Shown: positions 1 through 8,800 of the stretch, piece by piece | Layout: each line of letters opens with the position of its first letter | Position numbering within the stretch: the stretch's first letter is position 1 | Assembly: GCA_030066195.1 (NCBI GenBank) | Contig: JASJCB010000204.1 | Span: forward strand, 1 to 20,090 | Reading direction: 5' to 3' | Length of the DNA: 20,090 nucleotides | Source of the DNA: Acidobacteriota bacterium | Lineage (GTDB): Bacteria; Acidobacteriota; Holophagae; Acanthopleuribacterales; Acanthopleuribacteraceae | Program-made: the position numbers and the translations under genes | The notes under the pieces: generated by a model | What the model was told of the DNA's origin: nothing | The model's database searches: none | The model's input: the letters and a program-made list of their open reading frames with translations, nothing else

Positions 1-1
1 G

Positions 2-859
2 GTGGGAGCTGACATGACACACCAACCCGGTCCTTCCAGTCTTGTTGAAGTGTATTATTGGACCACGCAAAAGTCTGAAGCGCACGCACACAACACACAT
101 ACCGAGCACGTGATCGCCTACCACGTCGCCGGTGAACTGCATATCGATCATGGACAACCGCTGATCGCGGGTCCCGGCATGATGACTGTTCTTCCCGCGG
201 GCGTACCGCACCGAACCTTGGGCGGAGAAGATATCGCCGTCTGGCTGGTCAGTTTCTGCGCGGTTTGTCACGGTTTGGACGAGACCCATCCCATGATGTC
301 CGCCTTCCGACGGGTCAGATCGGGCGCCCTGCCCGTGGTGCGTCTGGCCCCGGATCGGCAAATCCACATCACGCGCCTGTTGGAAGCCTTACAAGACGAG
401 ACCTCTCGACAAACCCCTGAAACCCCCGACGTCATCCGTTCCCTGCTAACGCTCATCCTGGCCGAGGCAAACCGGGCCATGCGGACGGGACCCGCACCCA
501 CCGGCCCGGAACAAGGCTCCCTGGTAGCCGAGGCCCTGGCTTTCATCCAGGCCAACTGCCTTTCCGGCATCTCGCTGAAAGATGTGGCGGCGGCCGTGCA
601 CCGCGCACCGGCCCATGTGGCGACCATGGTCAAGAAAGGCACGGGGTTCACAGTCGGAGAATGGATCAACGCGGGCCGACTGAGCGAAGCGGCGGCAAGA
701 CTGCTGCACACGGACGATTCCATGGAAACCATTGCGGAACACATCGGCGGGCAGGACGTCACCCACTTCATCCGACAATTCCGAAAAGCCCACGGCATCA
801 CCCCCGCTGCCTGGCGAGCCGAAAGAAGACGCATGCATCTGGACAACCCAAAACCCTAG
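2..859 (+). CDS. AraC-family transcriptional regulator: N-terminal cupin-like sensor domain plus C-terminal AraC-type HTH. 5' end may lie upstream of the window (GTG at 2, first ATG at 14).
   Basis: C-terminal 100 aa (ISLKDVAAAVHRAPAHVATMVKKGTGFTVGEWINAGRLSEAAARLLHTDDSMETIAEHIGGQDVTHFIRQFRKAHGITPAAWR) matches the two-HTH AraC signature. N-terminal region resembles AraC-N cupin. Long ORF with host-like GC. Confidence 0.8.
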   Translation: MGADMTHQPGPSSLVEVYYWTTQKSEAHAHNTHTEHVIAYHVAGELHIDHGQPLIAGPGMMTVLPAGVPHRTLGGEDIAVWLVSFCAVCHGLDETHPMMSAFRRVRSGALPVVRLAPDRQIHITRLLEALQDETSRQTPETPDVIRSLLTLILAEANRAMRTGPAPTGPEQGSLVAEALAFIQANCLSGISLKDVAAAVHRAPAHVATMVKKGTGFTVGEWINAGRLSEAAARLLHTDDSMETIAEHIGGQDVTHFIRQFRKAHGITPAAWRAERRRMHLDNPKP

Positions 860-1044
860 CGGATGAGGTATAACCCGCCACATATGTGTAGCATCGAAAA
901 GACCTTGAAGGCCCCAGAGACGTTATGTGCCGATGGTTACAGTCTTGAAGAAATACCCTCGGGATCACCTCAATTCATATTGATTTTTTTTAAAACTCAT
1001 GCTTTCATTACTCAGCCTTTTACATTTATCAATGGAGTATTATC

Positions 1045-1269
1045 ATGAAGAAGTTCCTCTTTACATGTACATTCCTCATCGCCGGCTTTTCTTTTTCAGA
1101 AAGGCAAACATGCTTTGATACAGGTAGTAAGATTAAAGGATGGCCTGACGGCAGTTATACCTGTAGCTATTACAGTGTTTGTTACACTGAATCTGGTGAG
1201 CGCATCGAAACGGAACAAATAACTGAATGTGAAGAAATCATCATCTCACTACTCCCGTACCTTATTTGA
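1045..1269 (+). CDS. Small secreted peptide (74 aa) with an N-terminal signal peptide and 4 Cys in the mature part. Sits in an AT-rich islet.
   Basis: GGAG RBS 7 nt upstream of ATG. MKKFLFTCTFLIAGFSFS looks like a Sec signal peptide. Mature region has Cys at spacing compatible with two disulfides. Local GC is much lower than flanks. Confidence 0.45.
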   Translation: MKKFLFTCTFLIAGFSFSERQTCFDTGSKIKGWPDGSYTCSYYSVCYTESGERIETEQITECEEIIISLLPYLI

Positions 1270-1281
1270 CCTGAGGTTTCC

Positions 1282-2238
1282 TTGGTTAATTTTATCCTTT
1301 GTTGGGTGCTAGTCAGCTCCCCCCTTGAACATTGGACGGTGAGTGCCGGCATTTCCGAAATCGAGGGGCACGGCGATGAAGTCACCTCTCCTCCCAACCA
1401 AATCATGGTCCACAACGGCATTATGGCCGTTTTGGATCGTGACCAGAAGATTTGGTTGTTTTCGATTGGGGATACGATCTCCGTTCGCACTGTCTTCGGT
1501 GGGAAAGGTAAAGCGCCGGGTCAGTTTCTTCAGGCCGAACATTTGTATGCTCAGGACGGCATCATTTGCGTCGTTCAAGATTTCGGCACTCGTGCAAGGA
1601 TAGAGAAATTCAATCTTGAAGGCGACTACCTGGGCGTGGACCATGTACAATCGGCCCAATTTATCGATGACCGTCAAAGAATTTTTATGACCCCGAAGGA
1701 GCGTCATTCCTTTTCTCCTCTTTCGATCACCTGGACCTACAAGGAAAAGGAAACGCGTTTGGAGTTAGGGGATCCGGAAGATAAAACATTCGTCAGCCGC
1801 TATCAACTGGTCAAACTGGGCTCTTTTTTCCTCATTTACAGCCGACACAGCGTGAACCGTCGAATTTACTACGCGCTTCTCAACGGTCAACGGGGCGAAG
1901 TCTGGGAACAAGGGTACCTTGTCCAAGCCGAAAAAAGACGACTGGCCGAGTTCAACCGACTACGGGACTCCCTTCAAGGGCTCAAAACCCTGCCGACTTT
2001 GGATGGATGCACGGCTAGCGAAGAGATTGGCTTTGTCTTCACGGAGTACACCGCGGCAGATGATTACCGGATGTTGCAAGTCCTGGAGCCGAATACGCGA
2101 AAAAAGCGCGTCCTGAAAATGACCTACGGCGACCACTATGGAAACCTTACCCACTTTCAACACCTCAGAGGTTCCCTCTGGGCGGCCTACAGCAGTGCTG
2201 ATCAATGGGTATTTTTCCACGTAAAGAAAGTTGATTGA
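1282..2238 (+). CDS. Hypothetical protein with about two N-terminal NHL repeats (beta-propeller blade motif). Start codon uncertain (TTG at 1282). Possibly a fragment.
   Basis: Motifs GHGDEVTSPPNQIMVHNGIMAVLDRDQKIWLF and GGKGKAPGQFLQAEHLYAQDGIICVVQDFGTRARIEKFNLEGDYLG fit the NHL consensus (GxxGxxPGQFxxPxGIAVDxxGxIxVxDxxNxRIQxF). A 6-bladed propeller would need more repeats. Confidence 0.4.
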   Translation: MVNFILCWVLVSSPLEHWTVSAGISEIEGHGDEVTSPPNQIMVHNGIMAVLDRDQKIWLFSIGDTISVRTVFGGKGKAPGQFLQAEHLYAQDGIICVVQDFGTRARIEKFNLEGDYLGVDHVQSAQFIDDRQRIFMTPKERHSFSPLSITWTYKEKETRLELGDPEDKTFVSRYQLVKLGSFFLIYSRHSVNRRIYYALLNGQRGEVWEQGYLVQAEKRRLAEFNRLRDSLQGLKTLPTLDGCTASEEIGFVFTEYTAADDYRMLQVLEPNTRKKRVLKMTYGDHYGNLTHFQHLRGSLWAAYSSADQWVFFHVKKVD

Positions 2239-2450
2239 ATCCCAAGCCGGTTCATTCCGTCCATTTCTGCTGCTAGAAGTACGACTTCCTTTTTTCCATA
2301 ACAACCCCGCCGACCCGGAAAAACGCCTCCTTGGCAGAAAAGTTTGAAAAAAGTGAGCCAAACCCCTACTCCTTATCGCTTATTGAATAAACGGGGGGGC
2401 TTGGCAACTGTCCGATGAATTGCACGTCGGTCAGGTCGAGGTCGCAAAGT

Positions 2451-2483
2451 GTTTGGAAAATTACCGTTTGGAGCTTTCCAAAC
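2451..2483. promoter_or_regulatory. 9-bp perfect inverted repeat GTTTGGAAA-N15-TTTCCAAAC, candidate operator upstream of the NfeD-flotillin-ATPase cassette.
   Basis: Direct reading of the sequence, about 110 bp upstream of the NfeD start. Contains an internal direct repeat GTTTGGA. Confidence 0.25.
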
Positions 2484-2594
2484 TACGGCCGATGCAGGGT
2501 TTCAACCTTCCTCGATTTTCCTCACCTCAGGTCGGGCAAAATCGTATAGAATCGGGCTTACAGCCTTGACGGAACCCTAAGGAGACCCGCCTTG

Positions 2595-3290
2595 ATGGAG
2601 TTATGGAATCTTGCCACCAGTCCGGTAATGTTGCCGCTAACCCTCATCTTCGGGCTTAGTATCGGCTACTGGATCGTGGTCATTGTCACCGGCATCGATT
2701 TCGATCTGGGTCTGGATGCCGACGTTGACGTGGATGTAGACGTGGATGTGGATGTAGACGTCGACGTGGACGCCGATGTTGACGCGGATGTGGATGCCCA
2801 TGCCGACCTCCACGGCGCCGCACATCAATTGGGTCCCCTGCTGTCCATGTTGGTCTTCTTCAACGTGGGAACCATACCGCTTACCTTTATCCTGGGTTTG
2901 AACGCCCTGTTCAGTTGGACCCTCGGCATGTTCGTGTTCAAAACTTTTCCGTTCAGCGGCCTGCTCGCCTATGCCCTGTACATTCCCATCTTCCTGGTGA
3001 GCGCCTTTGCCACCAAGCTGGTAACCCAACCGTTCGCCGGCATGGTGCGCCGCCACAAACAGGAAACGGCCGAGCGCCACACCGTCCTGGCCAAATTCGG
3101 CTATATGGAATCCGACAACGACGGTCAACGGCTTTCCCAATGCAAAGTACCTACCGACGGCGCCCCCTTTCTGGTCAATGTGAAGGCCCGTCCCGGCCAG
3201 GTCTTGAAACGGGGCGCCCGCGTGCTGATTATCGAGGAGGCCGAGGAAGGCAACTTCTACTACGTGGAAAATATGGATGAGAATAACTAG
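2595..3290 (+). CDS. NfeD/YqiJ-family membrane protein: N-terminal TM helices and C-terminal OB-fold-like NfeD domain. A (DV)n acidic repeat lies in the loop after TM1-2.
   Basis: AGGAG RBS about 12 nt upstream of ATG 2595 (track start 2592 is TTG). Several hydrophobic helices. C-terminal VPTDGAPFLVNVKARPGQVLKRGARVLIIEEAEEGNFYYVE resembles the NfeD beta-barrel. Sits immediately 5' of a flotillin gene, as in the yqiJ-yqiK and yuaF-floT arrangements. Confidence 0.7.
   Translation: MELWNLATSPVMLPLTLIFGLSIGYWIVVIVTGIDFDLGLDADVDVDVDVDVDVDVDVDADVDADVDAHADLHGAAHQLGPLLSMLVFFNVGTIPLTFILGLNALFSWTLGMFVFKTFPFSGLLAYALYIPIFLVSAFATKLVTQPFAGMVRRHKQETAERHTVLAKFGYMESDNDGQRLSQCKVPTDGAPFLVNVKARPGQVLKRGARVLIIEEAEEGNFYYVENMDENN
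2715..2807 (+). repeat. In-frame hexanucleotide tandem repeat (GAY GTN)x~15 encoding DADVDVDVDVDVDVDVDVDADVDADVDAHAD inside the NfeD-like gene.
   Basis: Seen directly in the sequence: alternating GAC/GAT and GTG/GTA/GTT/GTC codons with a few GCC substitutions. Confidence 0.9.
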
Positions 3291-3388
3291 GACTATTGAG
3301 AATCAAAACGTCCGTGACAAAAATCTGGTCGGTGTTTCCTATCGGGGAACCCGCATCACCGTGAAATACATTTTGGAGTGAACGACAT

Positions 3389-5770
3389 ATGGAATATTTA
3401 ATTATCGCCCTGGCGGGCCTTGTTGTCACCGTAATCGGGATTCTGTTCGTCTGGAAGAGTTTCTACCGCAAGGCCGTTCAAGGCCAGGCGCTGGTCAAAA
3501 CCGGTTTTGGGAAAACCAATGTCAGTTTCGACGCGGCCTGGGTCGTGCCGCTGTTGCACCGTTGCGAGGTAATGGACATTTCCGTCAAACGCGTCGTGTT
3601 GGAACGTAGCGGCAATGACGGCCTGGTCTGTCAGGACAATATGCGGGCCGATATCAAGGTCGCCTTCTTCGTCCGCGTCAACAACAATGTGGACGATGTC
3701 AAAAACGTTGCCACCACCATCGGGGTCACCCGTGCCTCCGATCGCCAGGCCATCAATGAGCTGTTCGATCCCAAATTCTCGGAAGCACTGAAGACAGCCG
3801 GCAAGAAGTTCGACTTCGTGGACCTCTACCAGGAACGCCGCCGCTTCAAAGAAGAGATTCTGGACGTTATCGGCACCGACCTCAACGGTTACATCTTGGA
3901 CGACTGCGCCATCGATTACCTGGAACAAACCGATATCAATAACCTCAGCGCCGACAACATTCTGGACGCAGAGGGCATCAAAAAGATCACCGAATTGACG
4001 GCCAACCAGAAGGTTCTGGCCAACCAGATCGATCGCGATCGCGAAAAGACCATCAAGCAGCAGGACGTTGAAGCGCAGGAAGCCATCCTCGAGTTGGAGC
4101 GCCAATTGGCCGAGACTCAGGAAAAGCAAAAGCGAGAGGTACTGTCCATCAAGGCCCGTGAGGCTGCCGAGGCCGCAAAGGTGCAACAGGAAGAACGCCT
4201 GAAAGCCGAAACCGCCCGCCTCCAGACCGAGGAAGAAGTTCAGGTAGCCACCCAGAACAAGGAACGCCAGGTCATCGTGGCCCAAAAGAACAAGGAACGC
4301 GCCGAGAAGATCGAGATCGAACGCATCGAGAAGGATCGTCAACTGGAAGTCATCGAGCGCGAACGCGTGGTAGAACTGACCACCATCGAAAAGGAACGGT
4401 CGGTAGAGGTAGAACGCAAGAACATCCAAGACGTGATCCGCGACCGCGTTGTGGTTGAGAAAGCGGTGGTCGAGGAAGAAGAGAAGATCAAGGACACCCG
4501 CGCCTTCGCAGAGGCGGAACGCGTCAAGCAGGTGACCGTCACCCAAGCCGCCACGGAAGCCGAAGAGGCCAAGGTCAAAGAAGTCAAGAAAGCGGAAGCC
4601 GAGAAGGAAGCGGCCGCGTTGCAGGCGGAGCAAAAGGTGATCGAAGCCGAGGCCGCGCGCAAATCGTCGGACAAAAACGCCGAGGCGCGTAAGGTTCTGG
4701 CCGAAGCCAAGGCCGCGGAAGACGCTACCATCGGCCTGGCCGAGGCCCAGGTGCAGGAAGCCAAGGCCAAGGCCGCCGAACTGGAAGGTCAGGCCCATGC
4801 CAACGTTCTGGAGAAGAAAGCCCTGGCGGAAGCAAAAGGCATCCAAGCCAAAGCCGATGCCATGGAGAAACAAGGTACGGCCGAGGCCAGTGTCATGGAG
4901 AAGAAAGCCGTCGCCGAGGCCAACGGCATCCAGGTCAAGGCCGATGCCCTGGAAAAGCAGGGCACCGTACGGGCAACCGTCCAGTTGAAGGAAATGGAAG
5001 CCAAGGCGAAGGGCACCGAAGCGCAGGGCACCGCCGAAGCCGTCGCCATGGAGAAACTGGCGTCCGCGGAAGCTTCAGGCCTGGCCATGAAGGTAGACGC
5101 CAAGGAAAAGGAAGGCTTGATGGAAGCCGCCGTCATCCAGAAGAAAGCCGAGGCCGAGGCTCGCGGCGAGGAAGCCCGCGCCGAAGCACTGGAACGCCTG
5201 GGCAGCGCCGAAGCCGCCAACCTGCTGAAGAAGTTCCAAGCCGACGCGCAGGGCATCCGCGAGAAGGCGGAAGCCATGAAGCTGTTCGATCCCGACGGCC
5301 GCAAGCACGAGGAATTCAAGCTGGAACTGGAAACGAAGCTGAAGGAAGTGCTGGCCTCGCTGGATACACAGAAGGACATCGCCAAAGCCCAGGCCGAAGT
5401 CATCGCCAAGGGCCTGGAAGCGGCCGATATCGAGATCGTGGGCGGCGAGTCCATGTTCTTCGACCGAATCGCCAACAGTATCGCCCAGGGCCGCTCGGTC
5501 GACCGTCTGCTGGAGAACAGCAAAGCCCTGACCGATGTCAAGGAGACCTTCTTCAACGGCGACCCCGAGTACTTCAAGTCGCAGCTCAAGGGTTTTGTGG
5601 ACCAGTTCGGCATGAGCAGCGCGGATCTCAAGAACCTGACGATCTCCGCGTTGATCGGCCAAATGATGAACAAAACCGACGACAGCAACACCCGCGGCCT
5701 GCTGGGCAAGCTCCTGGCCATGGCCGAAAGCGCCGGTCTGGGCAACCAATCCGCCGGCTTATTGGGTTGA
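3389..5770 (+). CDS. Flotillin-like SPFH/band-7 protein (YqiK/FloT family), 793 aa: N-terminal TM anchor, SPFH domain, and a very long E/A/K-rich coiled-coil tail with internal repeats.
   Basis: N-terminal hydrophobic helix (LIIALAGLVVTVIGILFVW). SPFH-like core (QALVKTGFG...VDISVKRVVLE...DNMRADIKVAFFVRV). EA-rich repetitive coiled coil typical of flotillins. Adjacent to an NfeD gene. GGAG RBS present. Confidence 0.9.
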   Translation: MEYLIIALAGLVVTVIGILFVWKSFYRKAVQGQALVKTGFGKTNVSFDAAWVVPLLHRCEVMDISVKRVVLERSGNDGLVCQDNMRADIKVAFFVRVNNNVDDVKNVATTIGVTRASDRQAINELFDPKFSEALKTAGKKFDFVDLYQERRRFKEEILDVIGTDLNGYILDDCAIDYLEQTDINNLSADNILDAEGIKKITELTANQKVLANQIDRDREKTIKQQDVEAQEAILELERQLAETQEKQKREVLSIKAREAAEAAKVQQEERLKAETARLQTEEEVQVATQNKERQVIVAQKNKERAEKIEIERIEKDRQLEVIERERVVELTTIEKERSVEVERKNIQDVIRDRVVVEKAVVEEEEKIKDTRAFAEAERVKQVTVTQAATEAEEAKVKEVKKAEAEKEAAALQAEQKVIEAEAARKSSDKNAEARKVLAEAKAAEDATIGLAEAQVQEAKAKAAELEGQAHANVLEKKALAEAKGIQAKADAMEKQGTAEASVMEKKAVAEANGIQVKADALEKQGTVRATVQLKEMEAKAKGTEAQGTAEAVAMEKLASAEASGLAMKVDAKEKEGLMEAAVIQKKAEAEARGEEARAEALERLGSAEAANLLKKFQADAQGIREKAEAMKLFDPDGRKHEEFKLELETKLKEVLASLDTQKDIAKAQAEVIAKGLEAADIEIVGGESMFFDRIANSIAQGRSVDRLLENSKALTDVKETFFNGDPEYFKSQLKGFVDQFGMSSADLKNLTISALIGQMMNKTDDSNTRGLLGKLLAMAESAGLGNQSAGLLG

Positions 5771-5778
5771 TCCACAAC

Positions 5779-5800
5779 GGGGGAGCCCGCGCGCTCCCCC
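5779..5800 (+). promoter_or_regulatory. GC-rich stem-loop (GGGGGAGC-ccgcgc-GCTCCCCC) between the flotillin stop and the giant ATPase start. No U-tract. Possible intra-operon attenuator or mRNA stabiliser.
   Basis: Perfect 8-bp inverted repeat read from the sequence, 9 nt after the flotillin TGA and 30 nt before the next start codon. Confidence 0.4.
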
Positions 5801-5830
5801 ACTTCATGCAAGACCGAGTATATCGATAGG

Positions 5831-8800
5831 GTGGATATGAGCGACGCTGTAGAAGAGCAAAAACAGGACGTCCAACTAGAGGGCGGCACCTACGAGATCA
5901 TCCGCAATCGACTCAACGGCCAGGCCGATGAATTGAGGGCGCGACTGAAGAAACTGAACGAAACCCGCAAGGCCACGTTCGGATCGATTGAAACCAAACT
6001 GGTGGGTAGCGAACGCATTACCACCGACAATAACTGTACGCCCAGGGACATGGTGCCCATCGGCGACAAATTTATCTTCGGCTACAATGTCCACGTGGGC
6101 TTACGCGCCGAGTTGGACCTGGACGATGTCTTCGCCGTTTACACCATCCATGACGACGGCTTCCGCCTGGAGAGCTTGGACCTGATCCGTGATCCCAAGT
6201 TCGAAAAAGATTTCCATAACTTATATAAGTATTATAAAAAAACTGTCTTTTCTACCTTTAAGGTCATCGGCCCCCACCTCTTCATGAAGTTTCGGGTGGG
6301 CGAGGCCATCAATGATTTCAAAACCTTCAAGTGGTTGATCGAGGGTGCCGGCCTTACGTATATGGACAACCGCTCCGACCACGAGTTCAAATACCCGCCC
6401 CAGCACGAATTCGAGTGGCTGCGCACTCGTCGCGACTGGTTCCGCATGGGCGCTCACCCGCATATCAGCATCGATGACCGCGTCTTTGTGGAGACCATCG
6501 GCGGCGACCTGACCATCAAGGTGGAAGACAATACCGACGTGGGCCACGGCATTCTGGACGAGCCCGTGGAAAACCCGGACCAGACCCTGGACGACGCTGA
6601 GATTTACTATGCCTCCATCGGTCCGCTGATTCTGCTGAAGATCCTGCCTTACCAGGAGAAGGAATGGCGCTACTTCGTCTTCAACGAGAAGTTGCAGGAG
6701 GCGCATCGCGTCGACGCCATTGCCGACAGTTGCGTGCTGCTGCCCGACGATCACGGCATCATCTTCCCCAAGGGTTACTACCTGCTGACGGGCGAGTTGA
6801 AAGAATTCGACAACCAGCTTTCCGACATGATCTTCGAAAGCCGCGTGCCCTCACCCAACGGCGAAGATTTCCTATACGTCTTCTACAACAGGCTGGACGG
6901 CGTCTATATCCTGCTCAGTTACAACTTGATCGAACAGAAGGTAGCCACGCCCATCATCTGCAGCGGCTTCTCGCTGTTTGAAGACGGCAAGCTGATCTAT
7001 TTCCGCGCCGACGCTCAACCCGCCAAGCACCACGCTCTGCAAATCTGGCAGACCGGCTACGTGGGACTCAACTACAAACAGGAAGACATGGCCGAAACCG
7101 CGCTCACCAAGATCGGCAACAAGGACGTGGTGCGCTGCATGGCGGAATGTCACGAGGTGCTGGTGCTCATCGGCAAGGAGGACGTCTACGCCAACCTGTA
7201 TGTGGACATCGTTCGCAAGGTCACGTCTATCGTTGACGCCTACTTCTGGCTGTCGAACGAGGGCGCCGAGAAACCACGCGAGGTGTTGGAACAGATTCGC
7301 ACCACCGCCAACGGGGCCATCGAGGAATTCGAGAAGGTCAACCGCATCAAAAAGGCCACCGCCGCCGAATTGGCGCGCGTCTCGGAAAAGGCCGATGCGC
7401 TGACTGCCGAGGTCAGCCGCACCCACTTCGAGGGCATTGGCGAATTCGTGCGCCTGCTGGCTGAACTGCGCACCCTGCGCGGCGAGATCATCGGCTGTCG
7501 TGAGCGCCGCTATATCGACCTGGAGCGCGTGGACGAATTGGAACAGCGCGCGGGCGAACAGGCCGATACGCTGTCGCAACGCTGCGTTGAGTTCCTATTG
7601 CAACCCGAAGCCTTGGAACCCTATGCCGATCGGGTAGCCGCACAGGAAACCGCGGTCGGCGACCTGGCTCGCGTCACCGCCGCCAAAGAGGTGGAAGACG
7701 CCCTGGACCAGGCCGGCAGCGACCTGGAACTGCTGATTGAAATCGTCAGCAATCTCAAGATCGACGACGCTACCGAGACCACCCGCATCATCGACAGTAT
7801 CTCGGCCATCTACGCCGACCTGAACCGGGTCAAAAGCGCGGTTAAAAACAAGAAAACCGAACTGGCCCGCGTGGAAGGCGTCGCCGAATTCAACGCCCAG
7901 ATGAAACTGGTCTCCCAAGGCCTCATCAACTACCTGGACGTCTGCGACACGCCGGATAAATGCGAGACCTACCTGACCAAGCTCACCGTGCAACTGGAAG
8001 AACTGGAAGGCAAGTTCGCCGAGTTCGACGAGTTCATCGAGCAGTTGACCGACAAACGCGAGGAAGTCTACAACGCCTTCGAGGCCAAGCGCCTGCAACT
8101 GGTAGAGGCCCGCAACAAAAAGGCAACCTCGCTGTTCGGTTCCGCCGAACGTATTCTCAAGGGTGTGCGCGGCCGCATCGCCAAATTCACCGACGTCAAC
8201 GAAATCAACGGTTACTTTGCCGGCGACCTGATGGTGGACAAGGTCCGCAACATCATGGCAAGCCTGGTGGACCTTGGTGAAACGGTGAAAGCCGACGACC
8301 TGCAAAGCCGTCTCAAGACCATCCGCGAAGAAGCCGTGCGCCAGTTGAAAGACAAGTTGGACCTGTACGAGGACGGCGGCAACCTGATCAAATTGGGCAA
8401 TCACAAATTCAGCGTCAACGCCCAGACCCTGGCTTTGACCACGGTCCTGCGCGAAGACAAACAGTACTTCCACCTCACGGGCACCAACTTCTTCGAGGAA
8501 ATCACGGACGCCGAACTCCTGGCCACCGAACCCGTCTGGGAGATGGAGGTCTCGAGTGAGAACCGCCGGGTTTACCGGGGCGAGTTCCTAGCCTACCAGA
8601 TGCTCCGCTCCCTGGAGACCGGTGAGGAACACACGGCTGCCGAAGCCCTGGCCATGGACGACGACGCCCTATTAACCTATGTCCAGCGATTCATGGGACC
8701 GCGTTTCAACGAGGGTTACGCCAAGGGCGTGCACGACCGTGACGCGGCATCGCTGCTGCGCGTGCTGCTGGAACTGCACGAAAAGCTGGGCCTGCTGGCC

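Noticed and set aside
863-1048. 61-aa ORF in the AT-rich leader of the small-peptide gene.
   Set aside because: It overlaps the probable promoter and RBS region. It has no RBS and an AT-driven hydrophobic composition, so it is likely spurious.
2401-2426. Sigma-54-like promoter TTGGCAA...TTGCA upstream of the NfeD gene.
   Set aside because: The spacing between the GG and GC elements is ~13 nt instead of the required 4-5 nt, so it does not fit the -24/-12 consensus.
3398-5889. Long antisense and alternative-frame ORFs overlapping the flotillin gene (3398..4873 -, 4339..4770 -, 4789..5889 -, 4797..4988 +, 5075..5749 -).
   Set aside because: Low-complexity L/G/F/A/S-rich translations are typical of frame shadows in GC-rich repetitive coding sequence. 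The flotillin frame has clear family motifs.
6205-6260. AT-rich patch inside the ATPase gene as a possible insertion scar or internal promoter.
   Set aside because: The reading frame is uninterrupted and the patch simply encodes a Tyr/Lys/Phe-rich segment. No flanking repeats.
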